Shown here one piece after another: positions 1 to 14,328 of a stretch of 64,000 nt of DNA. Within the stretch, counting starts at the first letter, position 1. Each line of letters starts with the position of its first letter. This DNA comes from the human T2T-CHM13v2.0 reference genome, Homo sapiens. The stretch lies in the NCBI RefSeq assembly GCF_009914755.1, contig NC_060935.1. One strand, given 5' to 3'. The translations under genes and the position numbers were made by a program. The notes below the pieces were generated by a model that was not told the origin of the DNA, made no database searches, and saw only the letters and a list, made by a program, of their open reading frames with translations.

Positions 1-1681
1 CATCACATCTGCAGTGACTTCCTCCACTGGAGTCTTGAACCCATTAAAGTCATTCACGAGAATTGGAATCAACTCCTTTTGAACTCCTGTTAATGTTGCT
101 GTTTTGACCTCCTCCGATGAATCACAAGTGTTCTTAGTGACATCTAGAATGGTAAATTCTTTCCAGAAGGTTTCAATTGACTTTGCACAGATTGATCAGA
201 GGAATCAGTATCTATGGAAGCTACAGCCTTATGAAATGTATTTCTTAAAGAATATGACTTGAAAGTAAAAATGACTCCTTGGTCCATGGGCTTCAGAATG
301 GGTGCTGAGTTAGCTGGCAGGAGAACAACATTCATCTCCTTGTACATCTCTATCAGAGCTCTTGGGTGACCAGGTGCATTGTCAATGAGCAATAATATTT
401 TGAAAGGAATCATTTTTTCTGAGCAGTAGGTCTCAACAGTGGGTTTAAAATATTCAGTAAACCATGCTATAAATAGATGTGCTATCATCCAGGCTTTGTT
501 GTTCCATTTCTAGAGCACAGGCAGAGTAGATTTAGTCTGATTCTTAAGGGCACTGGGACTCACAGAGTGGTAAGTGAGTATTGGCTTCAACTTAAAGTCA
601 CCAGCTGCATTAGCCCTTAACCAGAGAGTCAGCCTGTCCTTTGAAGCTTTGAAGCCAGGCATTGACTTCTTCTCTCTAGCTATGAAAACCCTCAATGGCA
701 TCTTATTCCAATAGAAGGCCATTTAATCTGCATTGAAAAATCTTTTGTTTGGTGTAGCCACTTTCATCAGTGATCTTAGCTAGATCTTCTGGATAACTTG
801 CTACAGCTTTTCCTTCTCTATCAGCATTTGCTGCTTCTCCTTGCACTTTTATGTTATGGAGAGAGCTACTTTCCTTAAACCTGATGAACCAACTTCTGCT
901 AGCTTTAAACTTTTCTTCTGCAGCTTTCTCACCTTTCTTAGCCTTCCTAGAATTCAAGAGAGTTAGAGCCTTGCTCTAGATTAGGCTTTGGCTTAAGGGA
1001 ATGTTGTGGCTGTGTTTCATCTTCTATCCAGAACACTCAAACTTTCTATCAGTAGTAAGGCTGTTTTGCTTTCTTATCACTCATGTGTCTACTGGAGTAG
1101 CACTTTCAATTTCCTTTTAGAACTTTTCCTTTGCATTATTCAGACTTGGCTGACTGTTTGGTGCAAGAGGCCTAGCTTTTGGCCTATCTCAGCTTTCGAC
1201 ATGCCTTCCTCACTAAGCGTAATCATTTCTAGCTTTTGATTTAAAGTGAGAGGCATGAAACTCTTCCTTTCACTAGACCACCTAGAGACCATTGTAGGGT
1301 TATTAATTTGCCTAATTTCAATATTGTTGTGTCTCAGGGAATAGAGATGCCTGAGGAGAGAGAGAGATGGGAGAACAGCCAGTCAGAACTCAGATAACAT
1401 TTATCAATTAAGTTTGCCATCTTATACGGGTGTGATTTGTGGTTCCCCAAAACAATTACAATAGTAGCATCAGAGATCAATGATCACAGGTCACCATAAC
1501 AGATATAATAATAATGACAATTTGAAATATTGCTAGAATAACCAAAATATGACACAGAGACAAAAAGTGAGCATATGCTGTTGGAAAAATAGCACGGGTT
1601 GCCACAAACTTGAATTGGAAAAAAAATTGCAATATCTGTGAAATGCAATAAAGCAAAACGCAGTCGAACGAGGCATGTCTG
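1..1681 (-). mobile_element. Tigger1 DNA transposon (TcMar-Tigger), 5' part with decayed transposase; continues off the left edge
   Basis: Minus strand begins CAGACATGCCTCGTT...GCTTTATTGCATTTCACAGATA, resembling the Tigger1 terminus. ORF fragments 703-957, 510-722 and 144-488 ([56 protein letters not shown]) are pogo/CENP-B-type transposase pieces broken by stops and frameshifts. Confidence 0.93.
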
Positions 1682-4600
1682 CATATCCTATATGGAGCGC
1701 CTTCCTACTCACTGCCTAATCTGGGAATCTTATTCACGTATTTCTTATTCCAATCTGTGGCTTTCCCAAAAAAATGTTTGAGGCACCTAAGACACACCTA
1801 CCACAGAACCCTTAAAAATAAAGAAGAAAAAATACATGTAGTATAATGAAGAAAAGAAATAGCTATACCCCAAACCCAGGTAAAGGATTCGCCTAGAATT
1901 GAGCACTAAATTTAGCCGAGCTCCCTGGCAGTCAGAGCAAAAGAGAAAATGTGAAGGGTTTTATGACTCATCATTTACTAACAGAAATGTAGACAGGCGT
2001 ACTAGGAGACACCTGCTTGTTCTAAGCCCTGAAACACAAGAGGAATTTCCCACGTGGGATCCTGGTATTGCTCCAAGTCTAAGATGCTAATGGGAGAGGG
2101 TGAGAGGAGACCCCCGTTAGCCTCCGTATTTATTTACCATCTGCTCTCCAGGAGGAAGGCTCAGTCCACAGGAGCAGGTGCGATATGGGCTCCTGATTGG
2201 TCCTTCTGGGGACTAACATTCAGGTTTCCTGGCCTGTGGGACTGCAGGGGGCACTGTGGGACAGCACACCACACTCCCTAAGGCCTCCCCTAGGGCCCTC
2301 TGTACCTGCTGGTGGCCAAGAAAGGTCAGAGTCGCCAGATCCGGCTACAAGGGCACCTCCATGCCACCTCGCATGGTGGGACCTCTGCACGCGCTGCCTG
2401 CTGCTTAGGGGGCTTATGGAAGGCAATGAAGTCCGTTGTTCCCGAGGACAGTGAGACTGATCCAGTGCTGAGACCTCAGGCAAGATTCTTTCCCTCTGAA
2501 TGGCAGCTCCTCATCTAGAGAGTGACATGATAACACCGCACTGGGCTGGCACGAGGTTTAAACGGGACAGTGCATGGGAAGCCCCGGAAGCAGGGCCTGC
2601 CCAAGACTCAGGAAGCTGTTGTCATCTCTTTTCTTGTTACCAGAGTTAGGCGGGAAAGTCGGCAGCTCTGGCTTGAGCCCCACTCATCGTGCGACCTTGG
2701 GTGTCCTTTCCCTCCCGACACCCAAGACAGGCAGGGGTCCACGTGGAAAACCCTGCAAGCATGGGGACAGGAAGTCCCCCTCACCTCGAGGACCATGTCT
2801 CTCACTGACTGGAGGCCACAGGGCTGGATCTTGGACACACCTGGACTCGTCCACAGGAAGCTGGCTGTGTGCTGCACTGGCGGTTCCCACCAGGCTGTCC
2901 TTGGCTCCTGGTCCCTTAACAGGCAAGTGGTAGCAGAAGCAGAAAGAATTAGAGAGAAAGGCCTAAAACTTAACACATTTCTCCCTTTAACTATTGCTCT
3001 GCTCACCTTCCCACCTCCCTCACCTCTTGGTAATTTGTGAAAAACAAAATTCTGTGTTTGGATGTTTGTTGTTTGTGCAGGGCCGCCTCGGCCAGCTCCC
3101 GGAATGCCAGTGTGCAAGGGAGCCAGCAGTCTTGGGGTTTTGCCCTGGATCTGGGGAAGTCCTAGGCACCTGGCCTTTTCTTCCACACCCCTCAATGTTG
3201 TCTTACTTCCTGGAGTGTGTTATTTTAAGAATGATGGAACTGCATCTCCAAGAGGTTACTAGGCCATAGGCATATGGTTCGTGGCCGAGCTGGGATTCAA
3301 ACTCAGGTCTCTGGAGCCAAGTCCAGGCCTCCTTTCCTTCCACCATGTGGCCTACTTGCCAGCACCTACCGTGGTCCGTTAAGCATCAGACCTGCCTAGC
3401 ATGTGGGTCTTATCTGGCCCCATGGATCCCAAATGCCAGGATTGGCTGGTGGCATCAGAGCCTCCTGGGGCACAAATTAAAGGTGAATTTCTGTTCCCAC
3501 CCGTAACTACTAAGCCAGAGTCTCTGGGCTCTGCGCTTGGATCTCCCTTCAGTCACTCTCCCCAGCACTCTCCCTCCCCTGCCATCCTGCCCATCACACC
3601 AGCATCTGCCCACTCCTGCCTCCTTCGTTCCCCACCAACCACCTCCAGGGAAAGGTTCTTACTCCCAGCTCTCCTTTCTACCCTTCCAGGGGCATGGGTT
3701 TAGCCCCCACCAGGGCCTCCTTGTTGCTAAATCCAGAGACAGCTCCTCCGGCCCCATCCCACGGGATCCCTCTGAGGCCGTCTCCTCAGGGACACCCTCT
3801 CCCCTTTTACTGCAGGACAAGGGCTGGCCATCACTGGATATTGGTCACCTGCTGCTGGGCCAGGCTCAGCCTCACTCACACTGCATGGGCTGAGTGTGGG
3901 AAGAGACGGGTCTCTGAAGGACAATGGTGGTGTTTTGTGCCTCAAACTCCCAGGCACCTCCCAGCTCAGCAGTTCCCGTTCCATGACTAGAAGATTCTAG
4001 GCTTTTCTACATGATCCTAAACCTTTGGAGAGGACCAGGGCGGGAGGGTCCACCGGAGCTTCAAGGTGAGAGGCTCTGTGTGGAGGCTCAGCGGTGTGTC
4101 TGAACACTTCCTTCTTGCTCTCTGTGTATTATTTCAACTCACTGTTACAACCACTGGGAGGCAGACAATGAAGGCTCAGAAAGGGACAGTGACTTGACCA
4201 CAGTCACCTGGTTGAGTCAGGCCTGAAAAGCAGGCGGGTGTGACGTCACGGTCCTGCCGTTTCTGCTCCAGCCACTACCTCCTCTGATGAGACTCCAGCT
4301 GCTTTGACTGGATCTTGAAGGCAGGTGGGCCTGAGGGATGAGAGGGGCCTGGAGGGCTGGAGGGATACTGCCTGAGCCAAGACTTGATAAGAAAATCGCC
4401 ACACTGGAGCCCAGTGCTGATGCTCCTGGAGAACGTGGTTCCCCTCTCTGGTCCTGCTGAGTGCTCTGCACCCCTGGGCCACTCCCTCACCGTGCTGCGC
4501 CTTCGTCTCTCCATTCCCACCCGCCAGGCAGCTTTTGCAACCTCCCCCGAGGACCTCCTCCATCAGTGCTCTGGTCTTCTAATGACCAGGTTTCCACAAG

Positions 4601-5147
4601 CCCAAGGTGCCACCGATGTAAGACATGTGCGGATCCAGGAAGAAATACCATTCCGGGATGTGTGCATTTTATATGTTTCAACTTCCAAAAAAAAGATACG
4701 CATCTTGGGATGAAAGTACCATAGGAACCCCTGCCACCTCGGGATGGGCCAGCCCAGCTGTTGTGGGGGCTCTTTCTGGATATGACCCAGGTGTAGGGTC
4801 CAGAGAATGAATTCAGTGAGGTGAGCCGTTGTCTCTTTGGACGTCTGCGCCGGGACGCTGCCTTTTCTGGCTCTGGCTCTCCCCCTTCTCAGATTGAATC
4901 CTGGGATGGAAAGTGTCACTGTGGAGATGCAGGGGGCTCCTGAGCTGGGCCGGCTCAGCCCCCCACCCTGCCTATCACCTTCCTCCAAGTCCAGGACAGT
5001 CCCAGGGAAAGGGGCACACCCCTGGGCTAATGAAGGAGTGACCATCTCTGGCATAGAAAATGGTCAGGGCCCTGGGTTGAGTCTCGGCTCAGAGAACACG
5101 TGCCCAGAGTGCCCAGCCAGACCCTGGTTCCCTGGGAGATGGCCCGG

Positions 5148-6130
5148 ACACGCACATGCACACTCACACCCATGCACTGCCCCCCACACACACTCCCCAC
5201 GCACGCAATGCACACACCCACACCCACACACAGACCCCCACACCACCCCACACATGCAATACACACACACACACACAGACCCCCACACACCACCCCACAT
5301 GCACATATACACACCCACACACACACACCCCCCACACCACACCACACGCAATAACACACAGACCCCCACACATGCACAAATACACACCCTCACCCACACA
5401 CACCCCCACACACCTCCCCACACATGTTCATATACACACCCACACCCACACACAAACCCCCACACCACCCCACACACACAATACACACACACACAGACCC
5501 CCACACACCACCTCACACATGCTTATATACACATCCACCTCCACACACACCCCACCACACATGCACATGTACACACCCACACCCACACACAAACCCCACA
5601 CCACACCACACATGCACATATACACGCCCACACACACACACACCCCCACACACAGCAGCCCACACATGCACATATACACACCCACACACAGACCCCCACA
5701 CAGCACCCCACACATGCACATATACACGCCCACACACACACATACCCCCACACATCACCCCACACATGCACACACCTACACTTGCATAGCCCCCCACACA
5801 CCACCACACGTCTCCATAGACACACACACACCCCCCCACAAACCACATATAGCCCTATATACACACACACAACACAAACCACACATAGCCCCATAGACAC
5901 ACACATACACACCACACATCACACACCACACATAGTCCCATACACACACACACACCACCCCACACAAAGTTCCATACACACACTCACACACACCACTTCA
6001 TACCTGTCTCCATACACACATGCAAACACTCCATATGTGTTCCCCACACACCCCATACATGTCCACACACACACAAACACATCCCATATCTGTCCATGCA
6101 CACACATGAATCACATACAGCACACGTAGC
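5148..6130. repeat. ~1 kb degenerate (CA)-rich repeat/minisatellite
   Basis: Continuous CACAC/CCCC sequence with a recurring unit like cacacatgcacatatacacacccacacacagacccc; it produces the His/Thr/Pro and Val/Cys/Gly pseudo-ORFs. Confidence 0.95.
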
Positions 6131-7226
6131 GACCATTTACACAAAACTTGTGCACAGGCCTAGAGTCAGGTTATGTAGACATGACACACCTACCCCACAC
6201 TGACACTACCTACCCCGCTAACACTCCCCCCAGTGCAGACTTCCCCAAGCAGGCTGCCACACAGCCGTGTTCCTGGAACATGCTCACACACACTCTGCTC
6301 ACACCCTCCACGGAGCACCTTGGGGAGCTCCTCCCGCCCACTGCCCCTTGCGCCGGTGCAGCATCTGGCACCCAGACGCTGCGCTCGGGGGCCAGGCCTC
6401 CTTTGCCTGATGGTGCAGGCATTTATTGACAGAACAAAAAAGGGACTGGACCCCTAACCATCCCATTTCCTCCCTGCCCTCCCTCCCATCCCCCAGCCGG
6501 CCCAGCACACTGTGAGCATTCCCGGCCCGCGGAAGTCCAGATGAGGCTAATTCAGTTTCTAAACCCAACTCAACTGACAATTTATTTAGGACAATTGGCC
6601 ATCCCGCCTGCTCTGCATCACTGACTCCGCATGGATTAACTCAAAGGCTGCACACCCCCGCTGGGCAGATTTAATTAGGCGGAAAAACTGACCTGAAGCC
6701 TCTGGGGGCCTGGGGCCTGGATGTCAGCCAGGGCTCCCCTGATTAGCTATCACATGCCCCCACTGCCCGCAGCCCTGCCCTGCCTCAGAATCCTCAGAAA
6801 GGACCAATCCAACCCTCACTGCACCCAGGATGAAACTGAGGCCCAGAGAGGGGAAGGAACTCGCCAAGGTCACACAGCAAGTGAGCAGCCACACTGGAAT
6901 GTTGGTCCCTGCACCACGTTACAGTCATCGCCTTGTTCCTGAAACGCCAGACTGCATGAACACAGCTCCCCAAGGCGAACCCCCGAACAGCTCCGATCCG
7001 AAAGGCAAGCACAATTTTCTAAAGATGACTGTGGCATAAATAATTCATAAATGAAAGTCATAGCACATATTGGTCATTTTAATAGATAGTAAATTGCCTT
7101 TCTGATTTGTGGTTTCAGGGGTGGGGTTATGGTAAAAATAACTTGGTGATTTATAAAACATTTTCTTAAGTCAACAGATCGTTAGTAGGTTTGTCTGACT
7201 TTACAGCCAACAGCTTCACCACCCTG

Positions 7227-7440
7227 GTTACCATAGAAATGGGATGCCTTGCTCTGTTGCCATGGCGACCACTTTCTAGAACACAATTGGTGGGTCTCTC
7301 ACGGTTTGTGATTTGGTTTGGGGGGAGAAAAAGGCCAGAAACTACCAGTTTGGGTTTATGCCGCATTGTCAGACGATCTCGCCTGTGTTGTCTCGAAATT
7401 CTACAGGGTGGCAACTGCCATGGCCAGCCTGGGTGACAGT
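7227..7440. promoter_or_regulatory. Candidate intronic enhancer with RFX X-box motifs
   Basis: GTTGCCATGGCGAC at 7256-7269 (13/14 to palindromic GTTGCCATGGCAAC), GTTACCATAGAAAT at 7227-7240, half-site GGCAAC at 7410-7415. Confidence 0.5.
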
Positions 7441-7804
7441 TGCCTGAGGGCTGCCCAGCAGAGCTCCCTTTGTGCCCCCTGTCAGGCCGGCAGCCCAGGA
7501 GGGACTGGCCTCCCAGCAGGCCTGGATCCTGGGTGTGGTGGGACTCAGCTGCTGCAGGCATGGCGTGTAGAAGGGAGATAAAGTCTGACAGGTCACACAA
7601 AATCAGGAAGCCCATGGGTGATGGGCACAGCCTAGGGTCGGGTAATCCGGGAGATGGCAGCCTGAGCAGAGAGGGCGGAGGAGGCAGAGGCAAGGTGGGC
7701 TGGAGCTGCCTGTCCTGCAGGAGGGGGACAGACACTGAGTCAGTTACACCTGGGGTCGGGAGAGAGAAGTCTGCAGGGAGCTGCCGGGGCACAGCCAGGG
7801 CCTC

Positions 7805-8085
7805 CATGTGCTCACAGTGCGTATGCTGTGCTGTTACCTCTGCTGCATTATCTGTGTGTGCCGAGTGTGTATGCACGAGTGGTGCGTGTGTGCGCCTTGC
7901 AGTGCAGCACCCAAGTGTTTCTGGTGGTGTGTGGCGATGTGTCTCCGCATGTGCTCCATGGGCTCCTGTGTTTACTGTGTGGTGGGGACACTGTTGTAGT
8001 TTGTGTGCCATGTGCACAGTGTCTGTGCTTAGGTAATGGATGAGACATGTGCTCTGCGTCACTGTGTGTGTTTGTGGTCTGTGGG
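7805..8085. repeat. Degenerate (TG)-rich low-complexity tract
   Basis: Repeated tgtgtg/gtgtgc runs. Confidence 0.75.
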
Positions 8086-8567
8086 TGACTCTTCCATGTC
8101 TCTAGGTGGCTTGGATTGGGAAGCAGATCACTCATGTGGGAAGCAGTCCCCTAATCTTGCCTGTGACCCTACAGCCCCGGGGATGACAGCCCAGGGTTGT
8201 CACATAGGCTTTTCTGAGGCTTACCAGGCAGAGGGTCCCTCTGCTGTTGACATTATACCTTGCTAGACAGGGGCAGTGTCCCCACCCATGGGGCTGCTCT
8301 TATTCCAGTTGCTAGCAGATTCTGGGCAATGAGGCCTAAGAAGCATTCAGATGTGGCTGGCTCCAGCATTTGGATCCAGGTAGCCTTGCTCTATCACTGG
8401 GGATAGGCACAACCTGCTCTTACGGATTCTGAGCTGTGCCTGTTAGGCTCCTAGACAGAGCCATTTAGACACAATCAGGGGGCGCTCTGCAGTGGGTGGG
8501 GCTGGGTTTTTAACTCCAGGAGCTTTGGCGACTCTGGAGGCAAGAGCTTAGGTTCTAGAGCTCAATA

Positions 8568-8980
8568 CACTTGGGAGGCCGAGTCTGGCAGATCACCTGA
8601 GGTCAGGAGTTCAAGACCAGCCTGACCAACATGGCGAAACCCCATCTCTACTAAAAAATACCAAAAAAAAAAAAAAAAAAATTAGCCGGGCGTGGTGGTG
8701 GCACCTGTAGTCCCAGCTACTCAGGAGGCTGAGGCAGAGAATCGCTTGAACCCAGGAGGCGGAGGTTGCAGTGAGCTGAGATTGCGCCATTGCACTCCAG
8801 CCTGAGCAACAGAACGAGACTCTGTCTTAAAAGAAAAAAAAATTAGCCGGCTGTGGTGGTGCACACTTATAATCCCAGCTACTTGGGAGGCTGAGGTGGG
8901 AACCCGGGAGGCGGAGGTTGCAGTGAGCCAAGATCACGCCACTGCACTGCAGCCTGTGTGACAGAGCAAGACTCCGTCTC

Positions 8981-9011
<31 letters not shown>

Positions 9012-9020
9012 GAAAGAAAA
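8568..9020 (+). mobile_element. 5'-truncated AluS followed by a second Alu right arm (left-right-right), inserted in a MIR
   Basis: Left-arm remnant gatcacctgaggtcaggagttc, A-rich linker, right arm to ~8828, second right arm ~8843-8980, (GAAAA)n tail. Flanking duplication AA(T/A)ACACTTGG at 8564-8574 and 9018-9028; flanks rejoin into MIR-like sequence. Confidence 0.9.
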
Positions 9021-10980
9021 ACACTTGGATCCAAGTCTCAGCCTCATCACGAGCTTTAAAACCTTGGCTTAGTCCCCGAACCTTTCTGTACCTGCATTTC
9101 CTCCTTGAAGCAATGGGGATATGGCCCCGTCTCACCAAGCTGGTGTGAGGACTGAAGGCACATAGTAGGTCCTCAAGTTTTGGGAGCTCTTTCCTTTCTC
9201 CAGCCAGCCCTGGAGAATGGACACAAGGGACCTGGGGCTTCGTTGCTCTTGCTCCGGCTGTGCCTGTGGCTGACCTCCCACTGGTCTAGACTTAGGAGGA
9301 CACTGGGATCTGAGCAGGCTGAGGCATCTTCCTCCACAGCACTCTAAGCGTCCCTTGGGATTTGATGTTGCTGGGGCTCTGCCTGTAACAGAGGAAGATC
9401 AGGCCTCACAGTAGCAGAGGACAGGAAGGCAGGCGCCCAGGGAGCCTGAGCAGGGTGAGAGGCCTGGCCTCCACCTCTCCTGACTCTCCCTGGGGAAGGT
9501 GTCTTTGCACCTGGACCTGGCTTCTGCTGCCTGCTCCCCATCCTCCACTCCTTGGGCACTGGGGCCCAGAGAGGAAAGAATCTAGACAGGCAGTCCATTG
9601 GTCCCTGAGAAACAAAGACTTTTTACCATAATCTTATAAGGCCTGAGTTTTCCAATCAGGATCTGAACTGAGAGGAGCACTTGAGATGAGAGCTCTGAGG
9701 GCTGTGGGGTTGCCTGGGAGTTACCAGGCTCCTGGGACATCAGTGCCCTGTCTGGGCTGTTCCTGTGAGCCTCCCCACGCACTAAAGAGCTGGAGTCGGA
9801 GATGGGCTTGCTGCCTCCCTGGGGTGCATTTAGAGACTCCTGGGGAACTCCCTTCAGTTGCTGTCTCCTGTGGGCCAGGGCTGTGAAGGGGAACCTCACC
9901 TCAGGGGACGGGTCACTTAGTAGGGCCCTGAAGGATGAATGGGATTTTTCCAGACAGAGACTGGCAGGAGCACTCTCCAGCAGAAGGAATAGCAGGTACA
10001 AAACCACGGAGGTGGGGAGACACTCTGTGGTCAGAAATGGCAGAGAGCTGCACATGGCAAGAATGTTGGGTGCATGCAGGGAGAGGACCCTGGGAAATCA
10101 AATGAGGCCAGGACGTGGAGAGCCTCGTGTGCCAGGCTGGGGAATTTGGACTTTCTCTGTGGGCTGCATGGGCAGAGCTGGGATTCCAGTTGAAAGCACC
10201 CTCTGGTAGCCAAGACTGAAGTCTAAACCTGCTTTGATGGCAGTGACCCTGCCCGGAGAGAGTCCCATATGAACAGGGAGTACAGTGGAGAATGGATGTT
10301 GGTGGGGGGGGGGGGCGGTTTGGGAATGGGATGTCCTGGCTGATGGGGCAGTGAGGAGGGGAGGTGCCTCCGGCCTTCAGCCAGGATTGAGAGCCAAGTG
10401 TGCAGTGGGCCCTGCCTCTTGGCACCGTTCGGTCATCCACAGTGTGCTTGTTCCTCTCGTCCCATACAAAGGCCAGGGCAGGGGGTGCAGCTGGGGGGCC
10501 TGCCCTGCCCTTAGGGAGTCTCTGGGCTGTGAACGCCAAGCTCCAGAATGCGGCCTTCTAGGGGGGATCTGAAGCCAGATACCCAGCAGACCAGGATGTG
10601 TGTTTTAGCTCCAAGAGCCTTGGCAACTCTGGTGATGGAGAGAGCTCTGGAGCTCATTAAACTTGCAGCCAGCATGGCAGCCTCTTCCCGTTGCTTCTAC
10701 ATTGTTTTCCTGGTCTACCTCTGTTGTGCTCCAGGTCTGGTCTTTCTGGATCTGGGAGCCATGGCTTTGAGCCTCTACCCTGCCTCTCTCAAGTGCGCCC
10801 ACATTACTCTGACCTTTTTCCAGCCTCTTCTAGTTCATAGGGCTGAGGGTTCAGCTTTTCAGTCCACTGCATTGTACTTGTCTCTGAATGTATCCTTCAC
10901 CTGAGCTAGGCAGGGAGCTCCCTGAGGCTGGAATGAGGCCTTATTCAACTCTGTGCCAGGCAGAACTTGGTGCCTTGTGA

Positions 10981-11250
10981 GGAATGGATGGATGGGTGCA
11001 TGGGTGGTTGGAAGGGAGGGATGGAGGGAGGGACACAGGAAAGAGGGAGGGAGATAAAGAAAAAAGGAGGGAAGGGAAGATGAATGGATGTATGGATGGA
11101 AAGAAGGAAGGGAGGGAGAGAGAAAAGAAGGGAGGGAGGATGAGTGGATGGATGGGTGTATGAATGAATTAAAAAGGATGAATGGATGGCAGGGAAGGAG
11201 AAAGGAAAGGAGGAAGGGAGGATGATGTGCTGGTGAAAGAAAGGAGGGAT
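10981..11250. repeat. Purine-rich (GGAT/GGAA/GGGA)n low-complexity region
   Basis: Runs of tggatgga, ggaaggga, gaggg. Confidence 0.85.
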
Positions 11251-11251
11251 A

Positions 11252-11418
11252 GGCCAGGTGGGGTGGCTTTCGCCTGTAATCCCAGCACTTTGGGAGGTCA
11301 AGGCAGGAGGCTCACCTGAGGCCAGGAGTTCAAAACCAGCCTGGACAACATAGAGAGACCCCATCTCTGCAAAATAAAAATAAATAAATAAATTAATTAA
11401 TTAATAAAAATTTAAAAA
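11252..11418 (+). mobile_element. Free left Alu monomer (FLAM-like)
   Basis: ggccaggtggggtggct...gaccccatctct followed directly by an (AAAT)n tail, with no right arm. Confidence 0.85.
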
Positions 11419-13224
11419 CAGGAAGGAGGGACAGATGGATGGAAGGAAGGAAGGCTGCATATGGACCACACTTGATAGTGGCTCAGGAGACAGTTTTCTG
11501 AAAATCGCACAGTGCTCTGGAACCAACAGGACTAGTAGTGTCCCGTTGGCATAGCTTAGGCAGATCTCTTCCCGTTTCTGGGCCTCAGCTCCCCGTTCGT
11601 AGCATGTGGTGTCTCAGAACAGATCATATCTACAGGCTACTCTCACTCTGTCATTCTGAGATGCCAACTTTGTCACTTCCCTTTGCTCCCAGCTTCCCTC
11701 AACACAGAATGTGGTTTGGAAGGTCCACATAATTCTTGGTTCCCAGATCCCTGCCAGGTTGAGTGTCAGGCCCTGTGACCATGGTTAATCCAAACAAGAC
11801 TGTTCTGGGACTTCCAGGGCACCCCCTGGGTGGGGGAGGGGCATCACTGCAAACAAGGCGGCCTCTAGGGGCAGCATGGCTGCCTCCTGCTGTTGACACA
11901 GGGCGCGACCTTGGCCCTCCTCCAAATGATCTATGAGGGCAGGTCAGAGAACAAAGGTGTCACGCCGTGCAGACTGTAGCCCGGAGCTGCCTTGTGGAGA
12001 AGGCACTGCTTTGGCCATGGCTAGGCAGGGAGAAGGGGGACCCAAAAGGGTGGGGTGCAGTGAGGACATGCAGGCGGGAGTGACTATCTGGGCCCCTGAG
12101 AGAGGGCTGACTGGCAGGGGCCCATCCACCCAGGGCAGGGCCAAGGGAGGCCACAGTGTGTTAGAGTCCCGGCGGGGCTGGCAGGAGACTGTGAGAAGAG
12201 ACCTTGCCCCAGAATCCAGTCTGAGCAGGAGGGTTTGAAACTCAGAAAGCTGCTTGATTCTGTCTCCTCGGTACCCATGCCTGCTGCAGGCTAGAGAAGC
12301 CTAGGGGGTCATTAGATGAGGCCTCCAAACCAAACCAAAGGGTCTCCCAAACCTTTTTGCTGGGGGCTCAGGGCCAGAGCAGGTGGTTCTGGACAGGCAG
12401 GGTGATCCTGGCCATTTCCTTCTCATTGGTGCTGTCTGAGAGAGTAGGTGCCCACACATGTTTGGGAAGCCCCAGGCCTCCAGCAGCTTCTTCCTCCCTC
12501 CCACTCACACCCCTACCCTAGGGCTGGAAAGGAGTCAAGCAGAGCCTATGGATTATGGTGCCTTTGGGGATCCCTGGTGCAATTCTCCTCCTGATGCCTG
12601 AATCCTCAAACAGTCTCTCTCACAAAAGATCATTCAGCCTCTATTTGAGTACCTCCAAGGACAGGGAACTCATTACCATGTTGTGGTGCAAGTTCCTAGG
12701 AAGACAGAGAGAGGGGGTACATTTTAAAAAGCTGTCTATGACCATGGGGAAGACATACATTTTTTTCAGCTCTAGGCAGGATAGAACCTGAAAGAGACCA
12801 CATGAGGGAGGTACAGACCCATGGAAAAGAGCAAAGAGCCTGGAGTTGGGAGAACAAATGGAGATCTGGCCTCTGAGGGGCTTCATTCCACTCTAGCTGC
12901 CCCCTCTTATTTCTTTGCAAACTTCAGCCCCAGCAGGCTGGGTCACTTTTATTGGGCAGGGTAGCTAAATGCCTTAACAAATCAGCTCCAAATCACAGTG
13001 ACTGAACACAATGGAAATTTATTTCCCACTCAGGTAACAGTTCAATGTGGGTATGTGGCTGATGTCTTTCTTTTCAGGGACCCAGGCTCCTTCCCTCTGT
13101 AGTTATACTAGTTATTGGGGCTTCCACATCTAGCTGGCAATAGGGGGAAGAAGACAGCATGGAAGGCGGAGTAGGAGGGTTTTAGAGCCTGCCCTGACGG
13201 TCGTGCAGGCCCCCTGTGCCCTGA

Positions 13225-14328
<1,104 letters not shown>

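Noticed and set aside
144-957. Transposase-like ORFs as a domesticated TIGD gene
   Set aside because: Fragmented by stops and frameshifts within an ordinary Tigger1 copy.
4837-6129. 430-aa His/Thr/Pro-rich ORF and the many overlapping ORFs
   Set aside because: Artefact of the stop-poor CA-rich repeat: open in several frames and on both strands, non-ATG start, no domain.
7166-8062. 298-aa minus-strand ORF
   Set aside because: Spans GC-rich and TG-repeat sequence; no recognisable protein family or splice/Kozak support.
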